Positions 24,721 through 39,270 of a DNA stretch of 64,000 nucleotides are shown in pieces. Source of the stretch: Octopus sinensis (lineage: Eukaryota); assembly GCF_006345805.1 (NCBI RefSeq), contig NC_043001.1, forward strand, positions 3,348,001 to 3,412,000, in the 5' to 3' direction. The first letter of the stretch is position 1; the number at the start of each line of letters is the position of its first letter. A model generated the notes under the pieces. The model was not told the DNA's origin. It made no database searches and saw only the letters and a list, made by a program, of their open reading frames with translations. The position numbers were made by a program, and so were the translations under genes.

Positions 24721-25694
24721 AGCATTCCTACCTTCTCTTCAAAAATGGGAGGAATTGTCATGTAGCTCCTCAATTGTAATAAACCTATTCTCCTCTGGCC
24801 CCTTCTCTAATGCTTTTACCTCTCATTTCCTTGCATAAATCTACTCTCTATGGTGTTCACAGTCATCCACACAACCAGGTGTCATCATTTGTAATGGTGA
24901 TGCAGAATAAAAAAGGGCGCTCAGTGCATGCAGTAGAGTGGTTGTCATTAGGAAGGGCATCTGGTCAGAGTAACCATGCCAAAGCAGAAACAAAAGAATG
25001 ATGTGGTTCTTGGAACCTTCAGATCTTCTCAAACCATTCAGACCATGGCTATTATGGAATGTAGATGTTTTCCATCTTCTAAATCCACTCACCGTCATTG
25101 AGGTTGTTGTCGTCATCCTCCTCCTCATCTATCATCATCATCTCCACCACCACGACCATGACCACCACCATCATCATCATCATCACCACCACCACCACCA
25201 TCCTCTCGAACACCACGACCACTACGACCACCATCATCATCAGCATCAGCAGCAGCAGCAGCACTACCACCACCGTCATCGTCGTCCTCCTCCTCATCAT
25301 TTAAAGTTGAATGGTTTGTCAGGATCCTTTAAGTTACCGAACTGCACCGGGTTCCAGAATATGTGATGGTTCTCTGCAGCTGGTTGCCCTTCTTAATGCC
25401 AACTAAGTTACAGTAGGAACTAAGCGCTTTTGTTTCCATGATGCCAGGACCAGTCTGGTCCCCAAGGAATTCGCAAAACAAAAACGGCAAAGGGAAAAAC
25501 CGGCCTTCACTGAGTGAGTGTGAATTTGAGAAAGTGGGGAGTGACCTCACGTTAGGTGTTGAGAAGCTAAAGTGTAACAAAAACACAAGCAAAGAGGTCT
25601 TGGTTGAAAGAATATGCATGACTCTGCCATATTATATAATTTGTGGATGTGTGTATCTGGAAAGAAGATTAAAATGCAACAGACAACGTGCAAG

Positions 25695-25697
<3 letters not shown>

Positions 25698-25727
<30 letters not shown>

Positions 25728-25970
25728 TTAACGTCTGTTTTCCGTGCTAGCATGGGTTGGATGGTTCAACTGGGGTCTCGAAAACCAGGAGGCTGCACCA
25801 GGCTCAAGTCTGATCTGGCAGTGTTTCTACAGCTGGATGCCCTTCCTAACGCCAACCACTCTGAGAGTGTAGTGGGTGCTTTTTATGTGCCATCGGCACA
25901 GGGGCCAGAGGAACTGGCATCGACCATAATCGGATGGTGCCTTTTGCATGCCACCAGCATGGAAGCCCGT
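25698..25970 (-). mobile_element. SINE family C
   Basis: Same sequence as 17880-18300. Confidence 0.85.
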
Positions 25971-26814
25971 CAAAGAATGAATTTTCAAATTAAAGGAATG
26001 TGAGTGTAAGATCTTTGAAAGTTCCCATCAATTTGTACCATGCATATTCACTCGGTTGCAGTGGTACGGTGGTGTATGATGGATGCTAGCCTGTTCTTTC
26101 TAGCGGGTCGAGCAGACGTCATAAAGACACTCTCAATTCTATATTTTTGTCAGTTCTTTACAAGTGTTAACCATACAGACACTAAAAGAGAGAAAAAAAA
26201 AAATCATTTTCTCATAATTGTTGGATTTTTAAGAATCAATATTTTTAATATTTTCTTCTTTTTCGATAAGCTGGGGAAAAAAATAATAATACTAGAATAA
26301 TTCCTTAATATTCGAAACAACTATAATAATATTCTGGAAGTTAAGAAAAAGAAGCAAAAAAGCAATATTTTTTTCCTATTTTCTATTTTGTTGGAAGTCA
26401 TTCAGATATGAAATGTCCATTAAAATATATTTTTTCTGTGTCTGTTGCATGGAGTGAGAATTGGCAATATTGAAAATATTAGCGGAAAAAACACAAACAT
26501 ATAAAACAATTAAACAATAAAACAGAAGGTCAATAAGAAAATAAATAAAATTGAAGAAATAAAATTACTTCAGAATATGCACCAAAGCTTATAATTATAT
26601 GTGGATGTGTGTGTGTGTGTGTGTATGTGTGTGTGTATGTGTGTGTGTGTGTTCTTGTGTGATTTTATTCTACGCGTCAGTCTGTTAGTGTCTGTCTGAC
26701 TATTTTTATCTGCATATCATTATATTTTTACAAGAGACATTGTAGATGTGTATGTATGAATGCTTACATATATGTACATATGTATGAAGGTATGCATGTA
26801 TGTATGTGTGTGTA

Positions 26815-27445
26815 TTGTGGTTGTGCGGTAAGAAGGCGGCGAGTTGGTAGAAACGTTAGCACACTGGGTGAAATGCTTGGCGGTATTTCATCTGCCGTTA
26901 CGTTCTGAGTTCAAACTCCGCCGAGGTCGACTTTACCTTTCATCCTTTCAGGGCCGATAAATTAAGTACCAGTTACGCACTGGGGTCGACATAATGGACT
27001 TAATACCTTTCTTTGTCCTTGTTTTTCCCCTCTATGTTTAGCCCCTTGTGTGTAGTAAAGAAATAAGAAACTTACTTCCCAACCACATTGTTCTGGGTTC
27101 AGTCCCACAACATGGCACCTTAGGCAAGTGTTTTGTATTAAAGCCTCAGGCAAACTAACTCATTGCGAGTGGATCTGGTTGGCAGAAACGGAAAGAAGCC
27201 CATTGTATATACATATATGTGTGTGTGCCTTTGTGTCTGGGCTTGACCCCACCCCCACCTCACAGTGGATTGACAACTGGTGTTGCTGTGTTTAAGTCCC
27301 CGTAACTTAGCTGTTCGTCAAAAGACAGCATAAGAATAAGTATTAGGCTTAAAACAAGATAAGGACAAGGGCCAATACATGACTTAGAATTCTTGAAATG
27401 GTGCCCCAGTGTGGCCACAGTCTAATGACTGAAACTAGGAAAGAT
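26815..27445 (+). mobile_element. SINE family B interrupted by a SINE family A copy (26835-27063, TSD taagaa)
   Basis: B head gtggttgtgcggtaagaa resumes as taagaaacttacttcccaaccac after the A copy. Confidence 0.85.
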
Positions 27446-29611
27446 AATTTTATATATATATATACACAAAACTATACACAAAACGGTATGCACATCAATA
27501 AAATTAAAATAAAGGAGAATAAACATAAGGCAAAAGCGATAACAGATGGAATTCGATATAAAATAGATGAGAATAATTTAAGAATAACCACCAAGAAACA
27601 TATAGAAGGCATAAATAAACCAAGAACAAATAACAAGGATAGAAACATTGAGGAAATGATAAAATTAAAAGATAATAGAATAGAATGAAGGCCAAAAACA
27701 AAACACAATAATAATGAAAATTTGTGACTACTGAAATAAAAAAGAATAAATAGGATAAGAAATAACAAAAAAGGTAGTAATTGAGAGCCTAAATGTTATT
27801 TTGCATAACAATTCTGTAAAACATTAGACTCCATGTATAAAAGTAATTACCCTCCAGAAAAATTACTCTGAAAGGAATTACTATGAAAATAATATAGCTT
27901 GGTTCATAATACCATTTGCAAAACAAATTAGAACCAATATAGTGAAATTATTAAGTCAAACACTTTTCAATGGAAAAAAAATATCACAAAATAATAAACA
28001 CACAAAAAATAAGGGCTGGTTTCTGCGTCTGGAAAAACATTGTACAAATTATATCTGCACTAAATACTAAAAAGTCAGATGATTTTTAAAATAACAGGAG
28101 TCAGGAAAATGCAAATGATTTACGTAACAGCCAAAATGGCGAAGATCTGTTTCAAGAAGAGTCAGTTGTAAGGCTGTGAGTTCTCGGCAGCACGTTGTGT
28201 CCTGGCAAAAAGGAGTTGTACGTGTATTTCAAAGGGCCAGACTTGTTACATTCTGTGCGGCACTGAATGTCCCCAAGAACTTCATTAATAGTATGCATGT
28301 CTTCGGAACACTCAGCCACTTGCTTGCTAATTTCACAAGAGGCTGTTCCTTTAATTGGATCAAATGGGATACTGTCTTCGTAACTGACAGAGTGCTAGTT
28401 GTTATTTTGAACCTTATAGAAGGGTGTTGAGAAGAAAGAGGTTTTAACTGGAAAAATTGGTAAGGGACGATATTAAGAAAGCAGTTGGTGAGAAGGGATA
28501 AGGTTTTAAGAAGATGGAGAAATGATTGCCAAAATATGCAGTTCTGCTCCAATAAAACTGCTGCAGCCAAAGAGGAAGTTTCATTGTTAGAAGAAGGATA
28601 GAGGAACCTGAATTAGAAACAAAAGTTGTAGAGAAGATCTGAGATCTGCAGGTTGGGTGCAGAAGCATAAATATTAACATTATGCTTGTAGGACTCATTG
28701 CTGTTATTGCTGAGTCTCGGATTGGCTCCACCTTAGAAGTTGTATGATGAAAGGTTATGAGAATCCACACGTGACCTTCTCTGATATTGTATATCTGGAA
28801 CAACAATGTCCAGATTTCTCTTTTCTGGGGAGTAGTAGGTTGGTTACATTATATCCGTTCCAGTTGATCTGATCAACGGAACAACCTGTTTATGAAATTG
28901 ACATGCAAGTGGCTGAGTACTCCACGGACATGTATAACCTTAAAATAGTCTTGAGAAAGATTCAGCATGACATAGACAGTGACAAGGTACGCCGTATTTT
29001 TGCTTGCTAAAAGGAGCAATGTAAAATAAAGTGTCTCGCTCAAAGATACAGCACCCCACCAGTAATGGATCTCACAACCTTATGATCATGAGTCAAATAC
29101 CCCATAACCACTGAGCCACACACATTCGCTTAGCATAATCTATAGAGGAAGAGTGATTAAGTAGTTTGTTTCATAATCATGTGGTCTTGGGTTCAGTCCC
29201 ACTGTGTGGCAACATTGTCAAGTGTCCGCTACTGACCAAAGCCTTGTCAGTGGATTTGTGAGACAGAAACTAAAAGAAGCCTGTCATATGTATATGTGCA
29301 TGTGTGTGTGTGTGTGTGTGTGTGTATTTGTGTCTCCTGTCATTATATTTCAGCACAAGTGTCACCATCATATAAGTTGTGACCTTGTTTTTCAGTATTC
29401 TGTGGAAGAAAGTTTAGCTAAGAGGAAATGTCACATTTCTTCGAAACAGGTGAGAGTTGGTGAAAGGAAAGGCATCCGGCTGGAGAAAATCTGCCTCTAC
29501 GAATTCCATTTGACCAATGCAAGCATGGATATATAAACATTAAAACAATGATGACAATGATGATGATGATGATCACAATGATGATCATGATGCTACAGAC
29601 ACACACACACG

Positions 29612-29650
<39 letters not shown>

Positions 29651-31310
29651 ACTCTCACACACATAAATTAACTCTGAAATAAAACTTCTCAGAATATCAG
29701 ACCAATAAGAAATATTCCATGTGTAAATGATTTATAGATCCTTTGCACATGGAATAATTCTTGTTGTTCTGGGAATAACGCAATGAAACAGACAATAAAT
29801 ATTGTCTCGATCAGAGAGTATTGATATATGAAATATCACCTGCTTATGACTACTTAGGACACTAAAATATGGCTTTCATTTTACACAGCAAAATATTTAT
29901 AGCCGACCATTAAATTACTGGGCCCAGTTCATGTGTGTTTCTGGTTGATACATAATGGCAAAACAAAGTTGTGTGGTTGACGTCATCAAAGCTGACCACA
30001 GACACAGGGTCAATATGTATACCATTTCAATTGATATGTCCAAAATATAACAATATTGTGGAAGGTCACGAGAAAATGTGTATTTCGTAGTCTTGCTCCG
30101 ACTGTGCAGGAGATAATTTTACACAAAGACCAGAAAACATAAAAGTTGACGGCAAAAGACTTTCTAATCTAATTCCATTGCCAGTATGATAAAATTAACA
30201 TTAAACTAGACTTCTGATATTTAAATATATAAACATATTCAATTGCTTGTGCTTAAAGAAGAAATAACTCTATGTACAAAAGAAAAAAATATCGATGAAC
30301 AAAAAAGAGAAAAAAGAGAATAGTAATTCTTTTCTATTAAGTGAAAGTGTGTGTGTGTGTATATATATGTATATATGTATATGTATCAATAAATAAATAA
30401 ATATACAACATAAAATGTCTGGAGGTATGAGAGATAAATATATTTATTTTATCGGTTGATTTCTGGAGAGTGTTGGCTATTTTGCAGCCGTCCTCATGCA
30501 ATAATAATTTTCATTTTTGTGTATAATAAATTATAATACATGTCTTCTCTAATAAGCACGCTGTATATTGCATAATACTATGATACATTTACAGATCAAT
30601 AGCGATATAGAAGGCTAGCTCTTCAGATCAAATGTACATCTTGGTGGCATATATATACAGGCATATTATGGTTCACCAACTCCCAGAAACAGCTGTTGGA
30701 CTCGTAAAACTTTTATTCAACTCCTTTAATTCCTGATATCATTTCTGTTCTGTATAAGTGGGGCTTTCATATATGTAAACGTAACTACATTTTTTTTGTA
30801 TTAAATGTGTTTAATATTTTTTGTATCTCGACTTGCTTAACTTACTTATCCTTACCTTTATTCCTCTACCTGCTCAAGTTTGAATCTCTTGAGCACTACG
30901 AACTGTATACTGTAGGAGAATCTCTGCCTCTCATCTATAAACTATATATATATATATATATACGTATATATATATACACATACATACATACATACATACA
31001 TACATACATACATACATACATACATACATACATACATACATACATACATACATACATACATACATTCAACAACCTCGAAGCTACAAGAGTAAATAGGAGA
31101 GACAGAGACAGGCAGCAACAAGGAAAATACCCCTTGTATTTGAATACTATGCAAATATTCTTTTAAAAAACGTTCCATTCAATTTTTCCAAAATTTTATT
31201 TTTTTCCATACTTACAGTTGAAAAAGTCTCAGTGACCGAAACCGGTGCTGAAATGCTTTTTTAAAAATTATTTTAGCCTTTTCTACCTTGACGTTTTCCA
31301 TATATTCAAA

Positions 31311-31347
<37 letters not shown>

Positions 31348-31364
31348 GCGTGCACACACAAATA

Positions 31365-32850
31365 AGGGAAGCCCCTGGCCATCTGGAATCGCTGCAGAGA
31401 AGCTCAAATTTTCTAGTAAGGTAGGATACACGCTGGTCATGCACATAGTTAATCAAATTATTCAGTGGGACATAAAACCCAGTGACTGCAATGGTAAGGA
31501 GATTCCTTATATAGAAGCAATTATAGAGGCATCGACCTCCTGGACCATGAAATGAAAATTACGGAGAGAGTTATAGCCTAATTAATTAAGAGCAGAATTA
31601 GGCTAGACAAAAGGCAATTTGTCTTTGTCTGAAGAAGAAGCACTACCAACTCTATTGTCATAGTCAGGCAACTGCAAGAGAAATACTTAGCTGAGAATAA
31701 GCTGTTATACTTGGCATTCGTTGATGTGGAGAAGGCATTCGATAGAGGACCCTGCTATGTGATATCGTCGGCTTTAAGGAGGCTAGGGATAGATGAATTG
31801 CTAGGGATAGATGAAGTTGTAAAAGCCCTGTACAGAGGTGCTGAGAGTTAGGTGACAATTAGCTACGAGTACAGTGAAGAATTTGGAGTACAGGTAAATA
31901 TTCATCAAGACTCAGTCAGTTGTCCACTCCTTTTCATCATTGTCCTCCAGGCTATAACAGAGGAATTCAAGACCAGTAGTCCCTGGGAGCTACTATATGC
32001 TGATTATCTTGCCCTCAAAGAAGTTGCGGAAGCAAAAACTGCAATCTAAGGACCCTATACACTTCAGTTAAGTGGTCTTCCTCGATTGGTAGGAAAAGTT
32101 TAGGCAAGAATTCCATACAATGTGCCAAGTATAGGCTATAGACACACAAGTGGTGCAGTGGAATAATAGGAAGGCTATTAGAGGATGTAGTATTCGTATG
32201 GGGAAGATTGCAACAACCATTAAAAAAAAACAGGAAATGGATTCTCTCAAATGCTTCGGAGGCTCATTAGAAGTAGTAGATTATTTCTGCCACCCGGGGC
32301 AGAAAATTAGTAGTGGTGGAGGTCATATGGAGAGTATAATAACTGGAATATGAATAGGATGGAGAACTGTCAGTGAGCTTTTACTTCAGTTGGCAACCAA
32401 AGGTTTCTCTTTATGGGTGAACGGAAAATTGGATGATGCGTGTATAAAAACAGATGTTCTACATTGTAGTGAGACGTGGGCCCTGGATTCAGAGGATATG
32501 TGAAGGTTAGAAAAGAATGAGAGTAGTAATCTTTGCTGCATGTGTAATGTAAATGCTTGGGTATTGATAGAGAAGTTAGGCATAAGAGGAACTGGAGGTT
32601 GTGTGAAACTGAGAAGATTGCGCTGGTTTGGTCATGTGATGTGGATAGATGCCAACAGCTCTATAAAAATGTGCCGATCTCTCAAAGTAGATGGAATACG
32701 TGGAAGTGGGTGAGTCAGGATGTCATGTGACAAAGTACTGAAGGACGCCCTGGGAACGCTGAACATTTCAGATGAGATGACAAAGGAGTGAGATACCTGG
32801 CACATCGCTGTACTCAAGAATATCCGTCCTCCACAGCAGAAGTATTAAGG
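31365..32850 (+). pseudogene. decayed RTE-clade LINE (RT to 3' end)
   Basis: KAPG.SGIAAE, NYRGI, RQLQEKY, AFVDVEKAFDR, PLLFIIVLQAITEEF...PWELLYAD, LRWFGHV; many stops and frameshifts. Confidence 0.9.
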
Positions 32851-32899
32851 CTCTCCTCCTTGTGAAGAGGGACGGCCTGAAAGAGTCTTGTTCTGGCGT

Positions 32900-33145
32900 C
32901 ACTTAAAAAAAACACTTGTGTCGGTTTCACGTAAAGGCACTCGTGCCAGTGCCACGTTAAAAGCACCTGGCACATGCTATGAACTAGTTGGCATTAGGAA
33001 GGGCATCACTCTGTAAAAAACAAGCCAAATCAGACTGGAACCTGGTGCAACTTGCCAGCTCTGGTCGAATACTCTAACCCATGCTAGCATGGAAAACAGA
33101 CGTTAAAGGGCGATGCTGCTGCCACTGTTGCTGCTGATAATGATG
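32900..33145 (+). mobile_element. SINE family C
   Basis: gttggcattaggaagggcatc...catgctagcatggaaaacagacgttaaa. Confidence 0.75.
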
Positions 33146-33539
33146 TACACACAGGAAGATTTTAAATCAACAGGCACCATATAAAGCTAAGATCAACTTC
33201 AATGCATCACAGTTCGACGATGGCTCAAATGGCCAAAAGTGTGTCGTCACTGTCAATATTATTCATGTTTAAGAATAATAAAATTGTGCACCATAAAAAG
33301 TAATCACTCGGATAAATGTAAAATTACCCGTAAGTGAACATAAAAACAAAAACATTTTTATATACATGTGTGTGTGTGTAAACATGTCTATATACATAAT
33401 GTAATACATGTATATATACATATACATACCTATATATGAACACATATAAACACATATATACATGTACATATATATATATGTATATACACACACATATGTT
33501 TATATGTATGTATATGTATGATGGATTCTCTCGTTGTGA

Positions 33540-33700
33540 ACAACAAATGAGGGTTCAGAAATAAAGCAATAATCATGTTCTATGGACAGAAATGTGTCTC
33601 GTGAGGTCTGCCGGTGCCTTGCAAACCTTTTGGAAAATGGAACAAGTGGAGGAATCAGTTTGCTCAAGTGCTTGTTGATCATTCACTATGTGTTTCTTTG
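33540..33700 (+). pseudogene. possible decayed mariner transposase N-terminal (HTH) fragment
   Basis: YGQKCVSR and ENGTS resemble the mariner YG..C.SR...F.NG.TS motif. Confidence 0.3.
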
Positions 33701-33765
33701 GGTGGACGGCATGGACAGCAAGGTTTATAGTGCTTCGTGCTATAAAACCACAGTGACAGGTAAGG

Positions 33766-34183
33766 TTTCCTTATTTCTTTATTGCCCACAAGGGGCTAAA
33801 CATAGAAGGGACAAACAAGGACAGACAAAGGGATTAAGTCGATTACATCGACCTCAGTGCATAACAGGTACTTTATTTATTGACCCCTAAAGGATGAACG
33901 GCAAAGTCGACCTCGGCAGAGTTTGAACTCAGAATGTAACAGCAGACGAAATACCTATTTCTTTTCTACTCACAAGGGGCTAAACACAGAGAGGACTAAC
34001 AAGGACAGACAAACGGATTAAGTCGTTTACATCGACCCCAGTGCGTAACTGGTACTTATTTAATCGACCCCGAAAGGATGAAAGGCAAAGTCGACCGCGG
34101 CGGAATTTGAACTGAAAACGTAGCAGCAGACGAAATACCGATAAGCATTTCGCCCGGCGTGCTAACGTTTCTGCCAGCTCGCC
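33766..34183 (-). mobile_element. SINE family A tandem dimer with target-site duplication
   Basis: ccacagtgacaggtaagg at 33748-33765 and 34182-34199; internal junction near 33955. Confidence 0.9.
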
Positions 34184-34319
34184 ACAGTGACAGGTAAGGA
34201 TTTTACTTAGAGGAACAGTGTTTTGCCAGCGTGTCTTCATGATTGCACGAAGTTGGTTCCAATGCTGGAGTCGACTTTGCTCAAATCTATTGTGTATATA
34301 TCTATATGTGTATCAAAAG

Positions 34320-34570
34320 CATCGTTTAACTTCCTTTTTCCATTCTGGCATGGGTTGGACGATTTGACATAAGCTGGATAACTAGAAAGCTGTCCAGACT
34401 ACAAATGTTTGCTTTGGCATGATTTCTACAACTGGACGCCTTTCCTAACGCCAGGCACTTTACAGAGTGTACTGGGTGTCTTTTTACGAGCCATTGGAAT
34501 GGAAATGTTAATATAGCACCAGCACGAGAGTGATGGTGTTGCATTTTACATGGCACCGGAACCTGCAAAA
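34320..34570 (-). mobile_element. degenerate SINE family C
   Basis: catcgtttaac...ggcatgggttggac...ttcctaacgcca. Confidence 0.7.
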
Positions 34571-35393
34571 CAAAGACCTCTCAGGTGGGAGAGGAAGAAA
34601 TGTGGGTAGGCCCTTAGTTATCAGCAAAGGTAGAAACTCTCTGAACTTTTACCAGCCTGTTCTTATTCTAGCAACTGTTTTCAGAACTTCCACCTCCACT
34701 GCAAACTTGGTTGCCTAGGTAGCAGTACTTATCTGCTACTTTTAAGGATCCCCTGAGTAGTTGAGCAAAGCAGTTCTCTGTGCGTTTTTACTGCTCAGTG
34801 ACAAAACAAGGAAATAAAAGAGAAAATGAAGATAAAAGTGACAGAAACCCCAACCTTAACATTAATTATTTAAAACAAAAGTAATAAAAAGCATTGTAAA
34901 TTGTGTTTTTCTTCCTAAAACCTTAGAAATTGATCCAAACATCTTGCGATGAAACACAACAGTAGGTGAATAGAAAATGAATAATTAAAGAGAAACCAAA
35001 GCTGAAAATGTGAGATAGTCAAAACCGTTCTGCTGTGAATACATTTTTGCTGACTCTGCACTAAGAAGATTGTATATCAGCCCTTTTCCTTTGTGTAAAC
35101 AAGTCGTTAGGATGTCATTACGTGACTTTAAGTTGTTCTTGTCCTGCTGTAAAATTAATTGTCTTCTTTTACGTAAAGATGACACACGGCTTCTTTTTAC
35201 TGTTGCTGTAAATGGAAGAAGAGACAAAAACAGGCATAGAGTCTTTCATAAAAGTACTGTTTCTTTAAAAATAATGCTTTTAGGTAAAAAGTACTATTTT
35301 GTCTGAATCCCCAAATGTATTTGAAGAGTTGGGTGGCAAATTTCCTATTTAGTCAGATAAATATTTTTATACAGGTAACAATGTATCTTTGAT

Positions 35394-35463
35394 ACGTTGG
35401 AACAGAATATTAAGAAACGTTGGAACAGAATATTAAGAAACGTTGGAACAGAATATTAAGAAA
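35394..35463. repeat. 23-bp tandem repeat x3
   Basis: acgttggaacagaatattaagaa, three perfect copies. Confidence 0.9.
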
Positions 35464-35659
35464 CTGGCAAGATAATAACTGTCACGTGTGCAGCTCTGAA
35501 CCAACACAAACTTTGTAGACAAATAAAGCAATTTGTTTGCGGGTTAAAACCTGGGTGCGTGAGAAAAATATAAAAACGTGCAATGAATATTTTCTGGTCT
35601 TAACTTTAGTATCCGTTTTTGTCACCGAATAATAGCTATAATTGTTGTTTTCTTTTTAC

Positions 35660-36150
35660 AGGTTTCAGTCATTAGACTGTGGCCATGCTGGGGCACCACG
35701 TTGAAGAATTTTAGTCGAATCAATTTACCCCAGCACTTCGTTTGTTTAAGCTTAGCACTTTCTTTAGTGGTCTGTTTGCTGAGCCATTAAGTTAGAGGAC
35801 CAAAGCACGCCAATACCAGTTGTCAAGCGGGGGGACAAAAAGCACACACATACACGCACATACACACATACACACATACACACACAAATGTACGTATACA
35901 TATATTCTTTTATTCTTTTACTTGTTTCAGTCATTTGACTGTGGCCATGCTGGAGTATCGCCTTTAGTAAAACCAAATTGACCCCAGGACATATTCTTCG
36001 TAAGTCTAGTACTTATTCTATCAGTCTTTTTTGCTGAACTGCTAAGTTACAGGGGAGTATGCACACTAACATCGGTTGTCCAGTGATGTTCGGGGGACAA
36101 ACACAAATAACACAAATAACAAACACTCACACACACACACACACACACAC

Positions 36151-36197
<47 letters not shown>

Positions 36198-36520
36198 GAT
36201 GGGCTTCTTTCCGTGTCCGTCTACGAAATCAACTCACAAGGCTTTTTGTCGGCCCGAGGCTATAATAGAAGACACTTGCACAAGGTGCTAGGCAGTGGTA
36301 CTGAACCCGGAACCATGTGGTTGGTAAGCAAGCTTCTTACTACACAACCACTCCTGCACCTACACACACAGGCACTCACGATATGCTTCTCTCAGTGTCT
36401 GTCTACCAAATCCAGTCACAGTGCTTTGGCTAGCTTGAGTAGAGGATGCTTGTCCAAGGTTTCATACCGAAGGACTGAACCCGGAAACATGTGGTCGTGA
36501 AGCAAACGTCCTACCAACGG
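35660..36520 (-). mobile_element. cluster of three SINE family B copies/fragments
   Basis: 3' half 35660-35850, full copy 35905-36360, 5' half 36380-36520. Confidence 0.8.
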
Positions 36521-37619
36521 CCATTAGAAGAAAATTTAATCGTCACAAGCTGCAGCATTGATATAATATTGAACATAATATATTATAATTAGCAAGCCAT
36601 GGCCATAATTGGCAAACAGTTATTCAGGATCATTTATCGTAGGCCTAACCGAAGGGGCTCAATACTTTGGAACTAGCCATGGGATGTTTACTAAAGTTCC
36701 AAAAATTACACCTGCTCCCCATTTTGGTAAAGTTATTGTTTAACATATGTTTTTGTATGAAGTGAATTAATAAAGGTGTCAAAATTTTGCAGCAAAAATA
36801 AGAAACTTTAATAGAATTTCTATTAAAGTTTTTACGATACACATATGTATGCATATACATACATATATACACATATATATACATATGTAAATTCTGAAAA
36901 TGTTGGATAAATTAATGTCAGTTTGCTGATTCAGTAATGGATTTTACTTTTGAAATTGTTAATATTGCTCTGTCTTTGAATCTTGAAACACCCCCACACA
37001 CACACCCACACTCACACACAAACACACACACTCACACACACACACACACACACACACAAAGAGTCAACTGTTATCGTGAGAAATATATTTGTAATATTTT
37101 TGGTAAGGGACATGTGATCAAAGAGCTTTTGCTGTGTAATATGAAAAATATATCAGATTTTTCTTAAGAATTATTTTACAAAAAACTAAGCTTAATCGCA
37201 TTTTTTCTATTTTTATGTTATTTAATGAAATTTATGACAAAAAAAAGAGAAAGAAACAGGAAAGAAAGAAGAATATGAAAGCATGTCTGCCTGAATTGAT
37301 TTTCGTATACTTTTGTCTAAATTTAGAATCAATTGTGTTTTTATTAATAAATTATTCTTTCTTTTCAATATATATATTATAGTTTCAAAGAAATATACTA
37401 TTGATAAATTTAACCGAGTTTACATTTTTGGAATCTAGAAACATGGTGAGTACAAGATAAAGATTTTGATATATTGACTATATAATCCTTATACACACAC
37501 ATGCATGTACTATATACTCACTGATATTTGTCAAATACATTAAATATATATTTTCATGGAAAATATGTGAATCGTACTCAATAGATGTAAAGTGAGGATG
37601 GAGCTATAATTCTTCCTTA

Positions 37620-37970
37620 GATGCCATGTCCAGAATGTTGGACATAGGGGATCATGTCCTGTCACAATTCCATGTTCTTTCTTTTCTGTAACAGTTCCAC
37701 TTCCTGATGTTTAATGCTTATTTCTTCCAACCAATTCGTCAAGCTTGACCTCCATATCATCTTTCTCTTTCCTCTGCTTCTTTTCCCTTCAGCCTTTCTG
37801 GCCATCTCTAAATTCTCCAGGTCCTCTTTCCGCATCACATGACCAGAAATCTCAGTTGCTTGGCCCTTATGTCACAAAGCAATTTCCTATTTTCCACAAC
37901 CCAGGGGTCATCACTTTTTCCTTAGACATATTCTCCATGCAATATTCACAGCACTCCAAGCATCTTCCGA
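37620..37970 (-). pseudogene. RTE-clade LINE 3' end remnant
   Basis: Minus strand with one frameshift: IRAKQLRF/GHVMRKEDLENL...EGKRSRGKR. Confidence 0.7.
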
Positions 37971-37971
37971 T

Positions 37972-38195
37972 CGTGGCAGCTTTCTGGCAGAATCGTTAGC
38001 ACATCGGGAAAAATACTTGGTGGAATTATGCCTGTGTTTGTGTTCTGAGTTCAAATTCTGGTGAGATTGACTTTGCCTCTCATCTTTTCTGGGTCAACAA
38101 AATGTGTACCAGTTATGGTACACATTGGTGGGTTTGATGTAATTGATGCCATGTCCTGGCATTGCTAGCCGAGTGCTTAATTTTGAAACCAGCGT
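37972..38195 (+). mobile_element. degenerate SINE family A
   Basis: ctggcagaatcgttagcac...gttctgagttcaaattc...gactttgcct. Confidence 0.75.
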
Positions 38196-38869
38196 TTTGG
38201 TTTGGTGTAAAAGTGATGTTATTTTAATAAATCAGTGGATGTTGGCCTTGGTTTGTATTGAGGCAATCCTAGAAGTTCCAGTTTTCAACGATTCTTTTAA
38301 CAATGTCAGGAAGATGAGGAATAAATTACCTTTGCGAAAGGACATAGGTTTCCACATGTAATATTTGCTGTAGGAAGGAATTGAACTTGGCTCTTCAACT
38401 TAGTAATGCAGTTAGCAATCATTTGTGAGTGAGTTTAGGCTCACTCGCAGATAGCATGCATTGGCTCACTGTTCTGGTGTCTACGTGGTTGCGATCGGAT
38501 GCAGATGTGCTCTCAGCCCTGTCAGCCCTGCAGAATGTGGTAGCTGGAAGGAGGAAGAGAAAGGAGAAAAAGAGTGAGAGAGTAAGAGGGTGAACGAGAG
38601 GGTGAGTGAGAGGGAGCTGCACCAGAATCTGGATGGTACATGTTTACAGCCGAACAGACTGGAGCAACATGGAATGAAATATGTTGTGCAAAGACACAAC
38701 TTGCTGCCAAATGAACTCAATAAATCGCTAATTCCAGTCAATTCTTACTACCTGTCATAAGCAATGAGCTAGGAAAAAGGCCTATTTATTCCCGATCTGC
38801 TAGAAATTGCTTTCAAACTTCTCACAAATTCTAATGTATTGTCATATATATACGTGCATGTCTGTGTGA

Positions 38870-38930
<61 letters not shown>

Positions 38931-39100
38931 CATAAAAATGTGTAAAATATGTGTGTATGTGTGTGAAAAGGTTGAATTATATTTCCTCCTTTACTTTGGA
39001 GGGTCCCAAAATGGCGATTCCTAACAAAGATTCATCATATTTTTCTGGTAGCTTAGTGGCGTAAGATTTTTGCGAATATGAAATTATTGCATGTAAATGA

Positions 39101-39270
39101 TGTGTGATGAGAACTTATGGAAAGGAATCCCATAGAAACTCAACAAGTTTGTTAAAAAATGGAGAAGAGAATATGCTAAATTCTTTAAAATTTCAACATC
39201 TCTTCTCCACTTTTTAACATACTTGTTAAGTTTCTATGGGTTACATTTCCATAATTGTCATAACACACAC
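39101..39270. repeat. fold-back inverted repeat, ~70-bp arms
   Basis: cccatagaaact.aacaagt.tgttaaaaa.tggagaagaga vs tctcttctccactttttaacatacttgttaagtttctatggg. Confidence 0.8.

Noticed and set aside
28140-28840. Possible decayed RTE linker region
   Set aside because: Only vague similarity; no diagnostic motif recovered.
35394-35463. 23-bp repeats (also 44185-44236) as a possible CRISPR array
   Set aside because: Directly tandem with no spacers, only 2-3 copies, eukaryotic context and no cas genes.
38424-38700. Possible solo LTR (TG...CA, higher GC)
   Set aside because: No matching TSD, PBS or PPT, and no second copy in the window.
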